From: an uncultured delta proteobacterium
Lineage (GTDB): Bacteria; Desulfobacterota; RBG-13-43-22
Direction of reading: 5' to 3'
NCBI GenBank assembly: GCA_963743305.1
Contig: CAVUPH010000021.1
Coordinates: forward strand, 15,702-79,701
DNA length: 64,000 nucleotides
Shown: piece by piece, positions 1-9,291 of the stretch
Numbering within the stretch: the first letter of the stretch is position 1
Layout of the letters: every line of letters begins with the position of its first letter
Translations under genes and position numbers: made by a program
The notes under the pieces: model-generated
The model's database searches: none
The model's input: the letters and a program-made list of their open reading frames with translations, nothing else
What the model was told of the DNA's origin: nothing

Positions 1-1
1 A

Positions 2-946
2 AACGCCATCATTATTGATTTAGAGAAAATATTGGGGCGCTTGGTGAGGGAAGAAGTCGAGCTGGTAACCGTGCTGGACCCGACCCTGACCAACGTTGCC
101 GGCGACCGGGGGCAGATGGAGCAGGTTATTGTAAATTTGGCGATCAATGCTCGGGATGCCATGTCCGCGGGCGGAAAGCTGATCATTGAAACGAGCAATG
201 TGGCTGTAGGACAGACCAGCCCTCGCCGCTACCCGGTCATGCCTGTAGGTAATTATGCTCTGCTGGCCATCAGCGACAATGGGAAAGGTATGGACGCGGA
301 GACCAAATCCCATGTTTTTGAGCCCTTTTTCACCACCAAGGAATGGGGAAAGGGAAGCGGGATGGGCCTTTCGACCGTTTATGGAATCGTCAGACAATCC
401 GGAGGGTATATCTGGGTGTATAGTGAAGTCGGTAAAGGAACGACCTTTAAGATCTATTTTCCCCAAGCGGAAGGATCGGCTCCCTTTGATTCTGCCGGGG
501 CAGGCTCCGGGAAGGTCCCGCCGGGGTCGGAAACCATCTTATTGGTGGAGGATGAGGAATTGTTGAGGACCCCTATCCGGGAAATCCTGGAGAGGCAGGG
601 GTATTCGGTCTTAGAAGCCAGCAATGGGGAAGAGGCCTTGGGCGTAGCCAGGCAATATCCCGGCCCGATAAATCTCCTCTTGTCCGATATCGTTATGCCC
701 GGCATGAATGGTCGGGACCTGGCCGGTCAGCTCTCCCGGATCCGACCGGACCTGAAAGTGTTGTTTATGTCGGGGTATACCCACAACGCCATCGTCCATC
801 ACGGGGTCTTAGAGGAAGGGCTGGCCTTTTTAGAGAAACCCTTCACCCCGGAAGCCCTGGCGGTTAAAATCAGGCAGGTATTGCGAAGTCTCCCGCCATT
901 CATGGGGGACTTGCCCAGTGGTTCTTCCCCCCGGATTTCGAATTAA
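2..946 (+). CDS. Hybrid sensor histidine kinase/response regulator, C-terminal part (5' truncated by window edge)
   Basis: HATPase motifs QVIVNLAINARDAM, DNGKGM, FEPFFTTK, GSGMGLS; receiver ILLVEDE...LLSDIVMPGMNG...KPF; frame open from base 2. Confidence 0.93.
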   Translation, partial: NAIIIDLEKILGRLVREEVELVTVLDPTLTNVAGDRGQMEQVIVNLAINARDAMSAGGKLIIETSNVAVGQTSPRRYPVMPVGNYALLAISDNGKGMDAETKSHVFEPFFTTKEWGKGSGMGLSTVYGIVRQSGGYIWVYSEVGKGTTFKIYFPQAEGSAPFDSAGAGSGKVPPGSETILLVEDEELLRTPIREILERQGYSVLEASNGEEALGVARQYPGPINLLLSDIVMPGMNGRDLAGQLSRIRPDLKVLFMSGYTHNAIVHHGVLEEGLAFLEKPFTPEALAVKIRQVLRSLPPFMGDLPSGSSPRISN

Positions 947-1239
947 TGTCACTGCGTCCTCGGGCATCTATTTAAAACCAGGCGCTTCGCGGTCTCCTGC
1001 GCCAATTAGTCCGAGGAAAAGGCGCCTCCTCGCCAAAGACTACAAGAAGAGTTCTTTTCTCCCCCCCTTTTAAGAAAGACGCTTCGCCTTTTGGGGTGGG
1101 TACCCCCCTTTTCTGGTAAGGCCGTCGGGTCTCGGCAAAAGGGTTTTTCCGAAGAATATCAAACTTGGTTTGTTGACAGAGAGAGGAGCGCAATGCTATA
1201 TAAATTATAGACCGGTTGAAAGGGGAACTCTTTGAGCTC

Positions 1240-1935
1240 ATGGAGATAGCAAAAAGCCAGATTCGGATGTTAATCGCCGAGGACGATGAGATCCTGGGGG
1301 CCATGCTTCGGGATTTTTTGCAAAAGCCCGAAAGAGAGCTCCAGCTCCAGAAAAACGGCCGGGAAGCCATTCGGGATTTCAAAAACCAGCCCTATGATGT
1401 GGTCATTGCGGATTTAATGCTGCCGGGGGCCGATGGATTGCAGGTCCTTAAGGAGGTAAAAGCTGTTTATCCGGAATGCGAGGTAATCATTATCACCGGC
1501 TATGCCTCTTTGGATACAGCCATTCAGGCTATTCGCGGCGGGGCCTATGATTACATCCGTAAGCCTTTTAAACTGGAAGAACTGGAAGTGGCGGTGAAAA
1601 ATGCCAGTGAGAAGATATCACTTATCCGGGAAAACCGGCACCTGTTACAACGGCTAAAGGAGTCCATGGGGGAAATGGACGGCCTGCAAAAAGCCTGGGA
1701 CGACTTTCTGACCCAGACGGGTCCCCGGGATTCCAATCCGACAGGTCCGTTTTCCGAAGCCGACTTAAATATTACCTTGAAACAGCGTCCCCCGGATTTT
1801 GATCTGAACCGGAAGGAGTTCCAAGGAAAGGCCCTGGATGTTTTGGATCGATTGACAAAACTTCGGAAACAGGACTTGATCGGTGAAGAGGAGTTTATAT
1901 CCTTTAAACAAATTCTTTTGGAAAAAATCAGGTAA
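1240..1935 (+). CDS. Response regulator receiver protein with coiled coil and C-terminal SHOCT-like segment
   Basis: LIAEDD...DLMLPGADG...ITGYAS...KPF receiver; C-term LDRLTKLRKQDLIGEEEFISFKQILL resembles SHOCT. Confidence 0.82.
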   Translation: MEIAKSQIRMLIAEDDEILGAMLRDFLQKPERELQLQKNGREAIRDFKNQPYDVVIADLMLPGADGLQVLKEVKAVYPECEVIIITGYASLDTAIQAIRGGAYDYIRKPFKLEELEVAVKNASEKISLIRENRHLLQRLKESMGEMDGLQKAWDDFLTQTGPRDSNPTGPFSEADLNITLKQRPPDFDLNRKEFQGKALDVLDRLTKLRKQDLIGEEEFISFKQILLEKIR

Positions 1936-1985
1936 AGGCCTGAAGAATTTCAAATTGAGCTGAGGAAACAGAAAGGGTTATCATT

Positions 1986-3764
1986 ATGGCTACCTATGTG
2001 GAAAAGTGGGTTGAAGAACAGGCCCGGCTGACCAAGCCGGATAAGATCTATTGGTGCGACGGATCCGAGGAGGAAGCCCATCGGCTGGTCGAGATCGGGA
2101 TCAAGGAGGAGCGAATCAACGGCCAACCGATCTTTCGCGAATTGAATCATAAGGAATGGCCCCATGCCTACTGGCATCTCAGCCATCCCACCGACGTGGC
2201 CCGAACCGAAAAACTGACCTTCGTCTGCCAGAAGGACAAAGAGACGGCCGGTCCCAACAATAACTGGATGGAGCCCGGGGAGGCTAAAAAGATGCTGACC
2301 GGGTTGACCGACGGCTGCATGCGCGGTCGGACCATGTACGTGCTGCCTTATATGATGGGCCATCCGGATTCCCCCTATGCCAAGGCCTGCGTGCAGGTGA
2401 CCGATGTGACCTATGTGGCCGTCAGTATGCGCATTATGACCCGCATGGACCGGGGAGTCTTGGATAAAATCGGAAACTCGGAAAATTTCGTCAAAGGGCT
2501 TCACTCGGTAGGGGATTTTGATCCGAGCCGGCGATTCATCATGCACTTTCCCAATGACAGCCTGGTTTGGAGCATCGGCTCCGGTTACGGGGGAAACGCC
2601 CTTTTGGGGAAAAAATGTTTTTCGCTGCGCCTGGCTTCCTGGCTGGGTCTGCAGGAGGGCTGGCTGGCCGAACATATGATCATTATCGGTATCGAATCGC
2701 CGGATGGAAAAATCGATTATCTGCTGGCCGCCCTGCCTTCGGCCTGCGGAAAAACCAACCTGGCCATGCTCCAATCGGTCCTACCGGGATACAAGATCTG
2801 GACCCTGGGGGACGACATTGCCTGGTTAAATATCGGCCCGGATGGCCGGCTTTACGCCATCAATCCTGAAGCCGGATTTTTTGGGGTAGCGCCGGGCACG
2901 TCCATGAAGACCAACCCCAACATGATCCGGACCCTCAAGGCCGGCAATTTTTATCCGGTCCTGTTTACCAATACCGGGCTGAATACCGACACCAACGAAC
3001 CCTGGTGGGAGGGCCTGACCGACGCCGTCCCGCCCCATATCCTGGACTGGAAGGGAAAAACCTGGACCCCGGCTTCAGAAGGAAGGGTCGACCACCCCAA
3101 TTCCCGGTTTACCGTCTCCATCAAGGATTGTCCGACGGTCTCCCCGGAAATCGACAATCCCAAAGGGGTGCCCATAACCGCTATCCTGTTCGGGGGTAAA
3201 CGGAGCCAGTTGCTGCCCCTGGTGTATGAAAGCTTCAATTGGGAGCATGGGGTTTTTTGCGGCGCCCGGATGGGGTCGGAGACCACGGCAGCGGCCGTCG
3301 GCCAGGAGGGGGTCCTGCGCCGGGATCCCATGGCCATGCTGCCTTTCTGCGGATATAACATGGCTGACTATTTCCAGCATTGGCTGGCCATGGGGCCCCG
3401 GATGACCCATCCTCCCAAGATTTTTTCCATCAACTGGTTCCGTCGGGATGAAGAGGGGAAATTCCTCTGGCCCGGATTCGGAGAGAATATCCGGGTGTTG
3501 AAGTGGGCCATTGACCGCTCGACGAACCCGGATCAGGTCGGCGCCCGGGAGACCCCCATCGGCCTGGTTCCGGATCTGAAGGATTTCAATACCGAGGGTT
3601 TGGACGTCTCCCGGGACCGGTTGGCCGCCCTCTTCGAGGTAAATCCCGCCGAATGGGACCAGGAATTGGCCGATATCCGGATGTTCCTGGGACAATTTGG
3701 CGACCGGGTACCCGAGGGAATAAAATCCGAACTGGCCAGGATGGAAAAAAGCCTGAAAAGATAA
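1986..3764 (+). CDS. pckG: Phosphoenolpyruvate carboxykinase (GTP)
   Basis: YWCDGSEEE, SGYGGNALLGKKCF, PSACGKTNLAM, GDDIAW, RRDPMAMLPFCGYN motifs. Confidence 0.97.
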   Translation: MATYVEKWVEEQARLTKPDKIYWCDGSEEEAHRLVEIGIKEERINGQPIFRELNHKEWPHAYWHLSHPTDVARTEKLTFVCQKDKETAGPNNNWMEPGEAKKMLTGLTDGCMRGRTMYVLPYMMGHPDSPYAKACVQVTDVTYVAVSMRIMTRMDRGVLDKIGNSENFVKGLHSVGDFDPSRRFIMHFPNDSLVWSIGSGYGGNALLGKKCFSLRLASWLGLQEGWLAEHMIIIGIESPDGKIDYLLAALPSACGKTNLAMLQSVLPGYKIWTLGDDIAWLNIGPDGRLYAINPEAGFFGVAPGTSMKTNPNMIRTLKAGNFYPVLFTNTGLNTDTNEPWWEGLTDAVPPHILDWKGKTWTPASEGRVDHPNSRFTVSIKDCPTVSPEIDNPKGVPITAILFGGKRSQLLPLVYESFNWEHGVFCGARMGSETTAAAVGQEGVLRRDPMAMLPFCGYNMADYFQHWLAMGPRMTHPPKIFSINWFRRDEEGKFLWPGFGENIRVLKWAIDRSTNPDQVGARETPIGLVPDLKDFNTEGLDVSRDRLAALFEVNPAEWDQELADIRMFLGQFGDRVPEGIKSELARMEKSLKR

Positions 3765-3787
3765 TCGAATGATGTAAGTCTTAAATA

Positions 3788-3832
3788 GAGGAGTCAGAAT
3801 CCGGATAAAGTTTAATCGGATGCTGACTCCTC
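3788..3832 (+). terminator. Stem-loop downstream of pckG
   Basis: Inverted repeat gaggagtcagaatccg / cggatgctgactcctc; no strong U-tract. Confidence 0.45.
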
Positions 3833-3848
3833 ATTCCCCCATATACCC

Positions 3849-4999
3849 ATGCCCCCACTGCTGATAACCAGCGACGCCTATCAAGGTTTTGATTACGGAC
3901 CGACCCATCCCCTGCAGGTCAAACGTCTTAAATTGACCGTTGAACTGATTGAGGCCTATGGGCTTTTGCGGGGAAAAAGACCCGGACCCTGGAAGCCCGT
4001 CAGGCCTCCGAGGATGAGGTCTTGACCTTTCATTCCTGGGATTACCTGCAGGTCCTGAAGGAAGCCAACTCCGGTCGGTTTCAAGCGGAATGGGGAGCTT
4101 ATGGCCTGGGGCCCGGGGACAATCCGGTTTTCCCCGGGGTCCTCGATTGGGGGCTGTTCTGCGCCGGCGGAGCCCTGCAGGCCGCGGAATGGGTAGCCTC
4201 CGGCCAGGGACCGGTCGCTTTCCATATAGCCGGCGGCATGCACCACGCCCATAAGAGTTCCGCCTCCGGCTTTTGTTATCTCAACGATCCGGTCCTGGCT
4301 ATTATTCATTTGCTTTCCCGAGGCCTTCGGGTGGCTTATATCGATATCGACGCCCACCATGGTGACGGGGTGCAGGAAGCCTTTTACGGGACCAATCGGG
4401 TCCTGACCCTTTCTTTTCACCAAAACGGCCGGACCCTTTTCCCCAGCACCGGATTTGTGAGTGAAATGGGGACCGGGGTCGGGACCGGGTATTCGGTCAA
4501 TGTCCCCTTTTTCCCCTGGACAGACGATCAGATTTTTATCTGGGCCTTTGACCAGATCGTCCCGCCTGTAGTACAGGCCTTTAAGCCCGACGTGATCGTC
4601 ACCCAGTTGGGGGTGGATACCTTCTACAACGATCCCCTGGCCAACCTCAGTCTGACCTCCAAGGGATTTTGTCACGCGGTGCGGTTTTTCAAGGGGCTGG
4701 ATAAGCCTTGGGTGGCCTTAGGTGGTGGCGGTTATCACCCGGTAAACGTGGCCCGGGCCTGGACCCTGGCCTGGTCGATCATGCGGGGTCGGGAACTGGG
4801 CCAGGAAAGCCTTCCCGCCCCATTCCAGGAGACCCTTCGCGTCCTGGGCTACGACGAAAAGTGGCTGCGCGACGAGGAGCATCGCGAAGAAGAAGCCAAG
4901 TGGCAACGGGCCAATCACGAGGCTAAGGCCACGGTCCGGGCGGTCCAGGAAAGCATCTTTCCATTTTTTGGGCTATACACCGATTGCCGCTGGTTTTAG
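3849..4999 (+). CDS. acuC: AcuC/histone deacetylase family Zn-dependent deacetylase; reading frame shifts by -1 near 3971-3980
   Basis: N-term YQGFDYGPTHPLQVKRLKLT from ATG 3849 in one frame; EARQASEDEVLTFH, GGMHHAHKSSASGFCYLND, DIDAHHGDGVQ, LGGGGY in the -1 frame. Confidence 0.88.
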
Positions 5000-5056
5000 A
5001 TTCTTATATCCAGGGTTTTGAGAATTTGTCTATAACCCTGGATGTAAGAATCTAAA
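4995..5056. repeat. 62-bp palindromic (hairpin) element, copy 1
   Basis: tttagattcttatatccagggtt-ttgagaatttgtctat-aaccctggatgtaagaatctaaa; homologous to 41448-41507. Confidence 0.85.
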
Positions 5057-5094
5057 TAGAAAAACCTAACTTTTGAGACACCCGGGAAGAGCCC

Positions 5095-5517
5095 ATGGCC
5101 ATTAGAGATAAAGAAGAAGCCTCAAAAGCCGTTTATGAGGAAGCCCAGGCCCGATTCGAGTGCCAGGTCTGCGGGACCTGTTGCCGGGGTGAGGGGGGGA
5201 TTTATTTCAACAAAGAAGAAGAAAAACGCATCGCCGAATTCTTGGACCTTCCGGTCGAGGATTTTTTGGCCCGTTTTTGCCTGGAGAAGAATGGCCAGAA
5301 ATACATTCACGTTCGAGAAACCGACGGCTTTTGTCATTTTGCGGTGGAAGGCAAGTGCACCATCCATCCGGTCAAACCCACCCCTTGCCGTCAGTGGCCT
5401 TTCTTTAAGCCCATGCTCTCCGACCAGCCCAATTGGGAGGTGGCTCGGAATTCCTGTCCGGCCTTGGCACCCTTTAAAAATCTGGAAGACTATCTGAAAG
5501 GGATCCGGTCGGAATAA
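5095..5517 (+). CDS. YkgJ family cysteine cluster (putative Fe-S/Zn) protein
   Basis: FECQVCGTCC...CHF...CTIHPVKPTPCRQWPF...CP. Confidence 0.9.
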   Translation: MAIRDKEEASKAVYEEAQARFECQVCGTCCRGEGGIYFNKEEEKRIAEFLDLPVEDFLARFCLEKNGQKYIHVRETDGFCHFAVEGKCTIHPVKPTPCRQWPFFKPMLSDQPNWEVARNSCPALAPFKNLEDYLKGIRSE

Positions 5518-5587
5518 ATTCTCTTACCCCTGAAAGAGAAATAACCGGAAATTGAACGATTAAGGTAAAAAGGAACAATCAGAATAC

Positions 5588-6430
5588 ATGGAAACTGTAG
5601 TCATCGAAGGGGTCACCCTGCACTTATGTCGTCCGGATGTTTTTCCACTGGACTGGGTGGGACAGCCGGATTTGATTGACCAGGTACTGGCCGCCTGGCT
5701 GGTGGTGGAGGAACAGGACCTCCCCCTGCATCCCCGCATTGTCGGCAAGCCCGGAGTGGGCAAGACCACCCTGGCCTACGCCGCCGCCCGCCGCTTAGGT
5801 CGGGAGGTCTATTTTTTTCAGGCTACCATGGACACCCGGCCGGAAGACTTGGTCGTCACCCCGGTCATTGCCGACCAGGGGAAAATCCGTTACATGGCCA
5901 GTCCGGTGGTGACGGCCATGCTGCGGGGTGGAGTACTGATCCTGGATGAAGGCAACCGGATGAGCGAAAAATCCTGGGCCTCTTTGGCGCCTTTGCTGGA
6001 CAACCGGCGCACGGTGGAATCGATCGTCGCCGGTCTAAAAGTTCGGGCCCATCCGAATTTTCGTTTTTGTGCCACCATGAACGACGATGCCAGCACCTAT
6101 GAACTGCCGGAATATATTCATTCCCGCCTCCAGCCTCAGATCTTCATCGACTTTCCCGAGCCGGACGAAGAACGGCTGATCCTCCAGCGCAACCTGCCCT
6201 TCGCCCCCTCGGATATTCTGGATTATGTGGTTCGATTTCTGCAGTCAGCCCACCGGGCGCATGAACGCTTCACGGTGCGGGACGGGATCAATATCGCCCG
6301 CTACGCCCTGAAGGTCCTGGAAACCGACGGTCTGCTGAAGAGGGTTCCCGGCGAAGAACGCCCTGGTTACGCCCTCCGGATGGCCTTGGAGATGATCCTG
6401 GGCGAAAAGGCCCTCATGTACTTTGGTTGA
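5588..6430 (+). CDS. MoxR-like AAA+ ATPase (AAA_5 type)
   Basis: Walker A GKPGVGKTT, Walker B LILDEGNR, FRFCATMN, SRL. Confidence 0.9.
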   Translation: METVVIEGVTLHLCRPDVFPLDWVGQPDLIDQVLAAWLVVEEQDLPLHPRIVGKPGVGKTTLAYAAARRLGREVYFFQATMDTRPEDLVVTPVIADQGKIRYMASPVVTAMLRGGVLILDEGNRMSEKSWASLAPLLDNRRTVESIVAGLKVRAHPNFRFCATMNDDASTYELPEYIHSRLQPQIFIDFPEPDEERLILQRNLPFAPSDILDYVVRFLQSAHRAHERFTVRDGINIARYALKVLETDGLLKRVPGEERPGYALRMALEMILGEKALMYFG

Positions 6431-6546
6431 TATCGTTTATTTGGTTTCTTTCGTTATTTGGATATTTGGTTTTTCTGGATATTTGGGCTCTAACCATTTT
6501 ACGCCTAATACGATAATCATTTAATCGAAATAAACCAAATAGACGA

Positions 6547-8391
6547 ATGAACCAAATAAACCCTTTTGTTTTTAACAATATTCACCTCGTCCCTATCCTG
6601 CATAATCGTCTGGAATTCGCTCTGGAAGTCCACCGGCGTTTTACCGATCTCCGGCCTTCGGCCGTGGCAGTGGAATTGCCCCCAACCCTGCAGGAAAAAA
6701 TGGTAGCCGCCGTCAAACGTTTGCCCTTCCTCTCGGTCCTGGTTTATCCGGAAAAGTCCGGAAGAACGGTCTACCTGCCCATAGAGCCCGTGGATGGGAT
6801 CATCGAGACGGTTCGCTTGGCCCTGGAGCATGCGCTCCCCATTTCTTTTGTGGATCGGGATACCGAGGGCTATCCGCTATTTCGCGATCCGCTGCCGGAC
6901 CCCTATGCGGTGACCCAAATCGGGTACGAAGCCTATTGCCGGGCGTATTGGGAGGAACGGGGGAGTGAGACCCCGACTACCGACGACCTGCTGCGGGAAC
7001 GGAGCATGGCCTCTCAGGTCCTGGCCTTAGGCCGCCGATACCAACGGGTTATTTTAGTCTGCGGGCTGGGGCATTTCTCGGGAGTCCGCAGGCAACTCGA
7101 TTTGAATCCCGCCAAGCCCCTGGGGCGGGAGACGCGCTCCGGGGTCCTGCTGGGAAACCTGAAGGAGGATTCCAGCCGGGAGATTCTTTCGGAGCTGCCC
7201 TTTTTACAAGGAAGATACGAAGAAGAACGAACCAAGGCCCGAGTAGCCGGCGATCCGGCCGTTTTCCGGAGTCTGGATCGATTGCGTCTCCGCGACGAAC
7301 TGCTGGGGGAGGCGCAAAAGCAGCATTACCAGAACAGCCGCGAAAAAATTAGGGAACCGACCTTGGCGGTGTTAAAAAAATTCGCCCGTAACTATGCCTT
7401 AATCCAGGGGACCTTGACGCCGGATTTTTACCAACTTCTGGTGGCGGCTCGCGGAGCGGTCAACGATGACTTCGCTTACGAAGTCTGGGAGAAGGGCTCC
7501 GCTTACCCTTACCAGGAAAGCCCGTCCCGATTGCCGGAAATCGAGGTGACCGCCCGGGATCTCCGGATCAATCAGAAAAGGATCCAGTTCTATCGGCGCT
7601 TCCGGACTTTTCGCCGCCGTCTGGTACCGGTGCCCGCGAAAAGAAGGGCATCCCCGGCCGAACAGGAGGAGTTCAAAAAACGCTGGCGGGGAGAGACTAT
7701 CTGCTCCTATCCCCCTGAAGACATCCGGGTGGAAGGTCTGGGGGATTACGTTAAGAAGAAGGCCCGAGGGATTTTGTCTCAGGAACAGGTCCGGCTGCAT
7801 CCGTTTACCACCTCTCTTTTGGACGGGTTGGACGTGAAGGAGACGCTGCGCCATCTGGTGGAAAGTAAAATCTATGTCCGGGAAGAACGTTCCGTCCGGG
7901 GCCAGGTAGGGTCCGTGGTGTTTATTTTCGATGAGGATGAACCGTCGACGAACCAGGCAGAACGGTTTCCCTGGAAGATCACCTGGCTGGGGGAGCACGA
8001 TCAGGAGTCGGACATGGCTTTTTACGCCACTCCGGCCGGTGAAAACGTGGTCGGACCGGGGATCTCCCGCTGTGAGTACGGGGGCTTTGTCTTAAGCTAT
8101 CCCCCCTTGCGGATGTTCGAGATTTGGAAAGATCGGTTTTTTAACGGGGCCCGCTCAAAGTCGGAAAGGTTGCTTTTGGCCGGGATCGATTACAGCGAGG
8201 AGCCCCTGGTGGCCTATATCGCCGCCCAACCGCCCCGCTCTTTCTGCCGAACCTTTGCCGAGCGTCAAGGAAAAAAGATTGTCTATCTGCCGATCGGCCA
8301 GTTTTCACCGGCATTGCTTAAATCGGTCCGTTTTTTTCACGTGTTGGAGAGCCACGAACTGCGTGCGGCCGCCCACCGGTATATTCGTTGA
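6547..8391 (+). CDS. Conserved hypothetical 614-aa protein, probable partner of the AAA ATPase (N-terminus TraB/ChaN-like)
   Basis: Long ORF with host-like codon usage; AVAVELP, SFVDRD, RERSMA, LVCGLGHF motifs. Confidence 0.75.
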   Translation: MNQINPFVFNNIHLVPILHNRLEFALEVHRRFTDLRPSAVAVELPPTLQEKMVAAVKRLPFLSVLVYPEKSGRTVYLPIEPVDGIIETVRLALEHALPISFVDRDTEGYPLFRDPLPDPYAVTQIGYEAYCRAYWEERGSETPTTDDLLRERSMASQVLALGRRYQRVILVCGLGHFSGVRRQLDLNPAKPLGRETRSGVLLGNLKEDSSREILSELPFLQGRYEEERTKARVAGDPAVFRSLDRLRLRDELLGEAQKQHYQNSREKIREPTLAVLKKFARNYALIQGTLTPDFYQLLVAARGAVNDDFAYEVWEKGSAYPYQESPSRLPEIEVTARDLRINQKRIQFYRRFRTFRRRLVPVPAKRRASPAEQEEFKKRWRGETICSYPPEDIRVEGLGDYVKKKARGILSQEQVRLHPFTTSLLDGLDVKETLRHLVESKIYVREERSVRGQVGSVVFIFDEDEPSTNQAERFPWKITWLGEHDQESDMAFYATPAGENVVGPGISRCEYGGFVLSYPPLRMFEIWKDRFFNGARSKSERLLLAGIDYSEEPLVAYIAAQPPRSFCRTFAERQGKKIVYLPIGQFSPALLKSVRFFHVLESHELRAAAHRYIR

Positions 8392-8410
8392 TTTTTAAGA
8401 CGAATTCCAT
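8097..8410 (+). repeat. Direct repeat, left copy (3' end of the 614-aa gene)
   Basis: Matches 16762-17075 with about 10 substitutions in the coding part; both end in tga-tttt-N6-gaattccat. Confidence 0.95.
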
Positions 8411-8452
8411 AGGTCGGCCTCCTCGATGCGGAGTAGTTCAAAAATATTTTCA

Positions 8453-8530
8453 TTGACATCTATGGACAATTATTCAAAATAGAGGACACTAGATATCTTT
8501 GGGATACCCATTTGAGGTTGAGGAGACATT
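8453..8530 (+). promoter_or_regulatory. Putative sigma70 promoter with 10-bp phased GACA repeats
   Basis: TTGACA 8453-8458, CAAAAT 8475-8480; GACA at 8455, 8465, 8485, 8525. Confidence 0.5.
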
Positions 8531-8577
8531 TTTAAAGCCCATCCAAAACCGTATTGAAATGGAGACAGATTTAACTA

Positions 8578-9258
8578 ATGAATATAACCGTAAAGGACGC
8601 GGCAGCGGCCCTGAATGTTTCGGAAAAAACCATTTACCGTTGGATCCACAAACAGGTTGTCCCGGCTTACCGGGTGAATGAACAATATCGTCTGAATCGG
8701 GCCGAACTCCTGGAATGGGCGACCAGGCGCAACATGGCGGTATCACCTGATATTTTTCGTGAGCCCGAGAGCACGGACGTCCCTATGCCTTCGCTGGTGG
8801 AAGCCCTCGAAACCGGAGGCATCCTTTATCGGATTGAAGGCGATACCAAGGAGACCGTGCTGCGTTCCATTATCGCCCATATCTGGCTCCCTGACGAGGT
8901 GGATCGGGAATTTCTCTTTCAGGTCTTATTAGCGCGGGAGGAATTGGGGTCCACCGGGATAGGCGACGGCATTGCCATTCCGCATGTTCGCAATCCGGTG
9001 GTCCTTCACATCACCAGACCGTTCGTCTCCCTTTGCTTCCTGGAAAAGCCCATTGAATTCGGGGCACTGGATGGGAAGCCGGTTAACGCTCTTTTCACCA
9101 TAATGAGCCCCACGGTTCGGGCCCATCTCCATATGCTTTCCCGAATTGCCTTCGCCCTGCGCGATGAAAAGCTCAGGGTGGCCATTGAACACCAGGCCTC
9201 CCGACGGGAAATCCTATCCGAAATCCAACGAATCGAAGCCGCCTTCAAAAAAGTCTAA
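8578..9258 (+). CDS. Excisionase-like HTH (HTH_17) fused to PTS IIA (PtsN/fructose-mannitol type) domain; putative regulator
   Basis: ITVKDAAAALNVSEKTIYRW HTH; REELGSTGIGDGIAIPH phospho-His motif; DGKPV. Confidence 0.9.
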   Translation: MNITVKDAAAALNVSEKTIYRWIHKQVVPAYRVNEQYRLNRAELLEWATRRNMAVSPDIFREPESTDVPMPSLVEALETGGILYRIEGDTKETVLRSIIAHIWLPDEVDREFLFQVLLAREELGSTGIGDGIAIPHVRNPVVLHITRPFVSLCFLEKPIEFGALDGKPVNALFTIMSPTVRAHLHMLSRIAFALRDEKLRVAIEHQASRREILSEIQRIEAAFKKV

Positions 9259-9291
9259 TCGATAATCACAGAGGCTAAGAGGGAGCTGACA

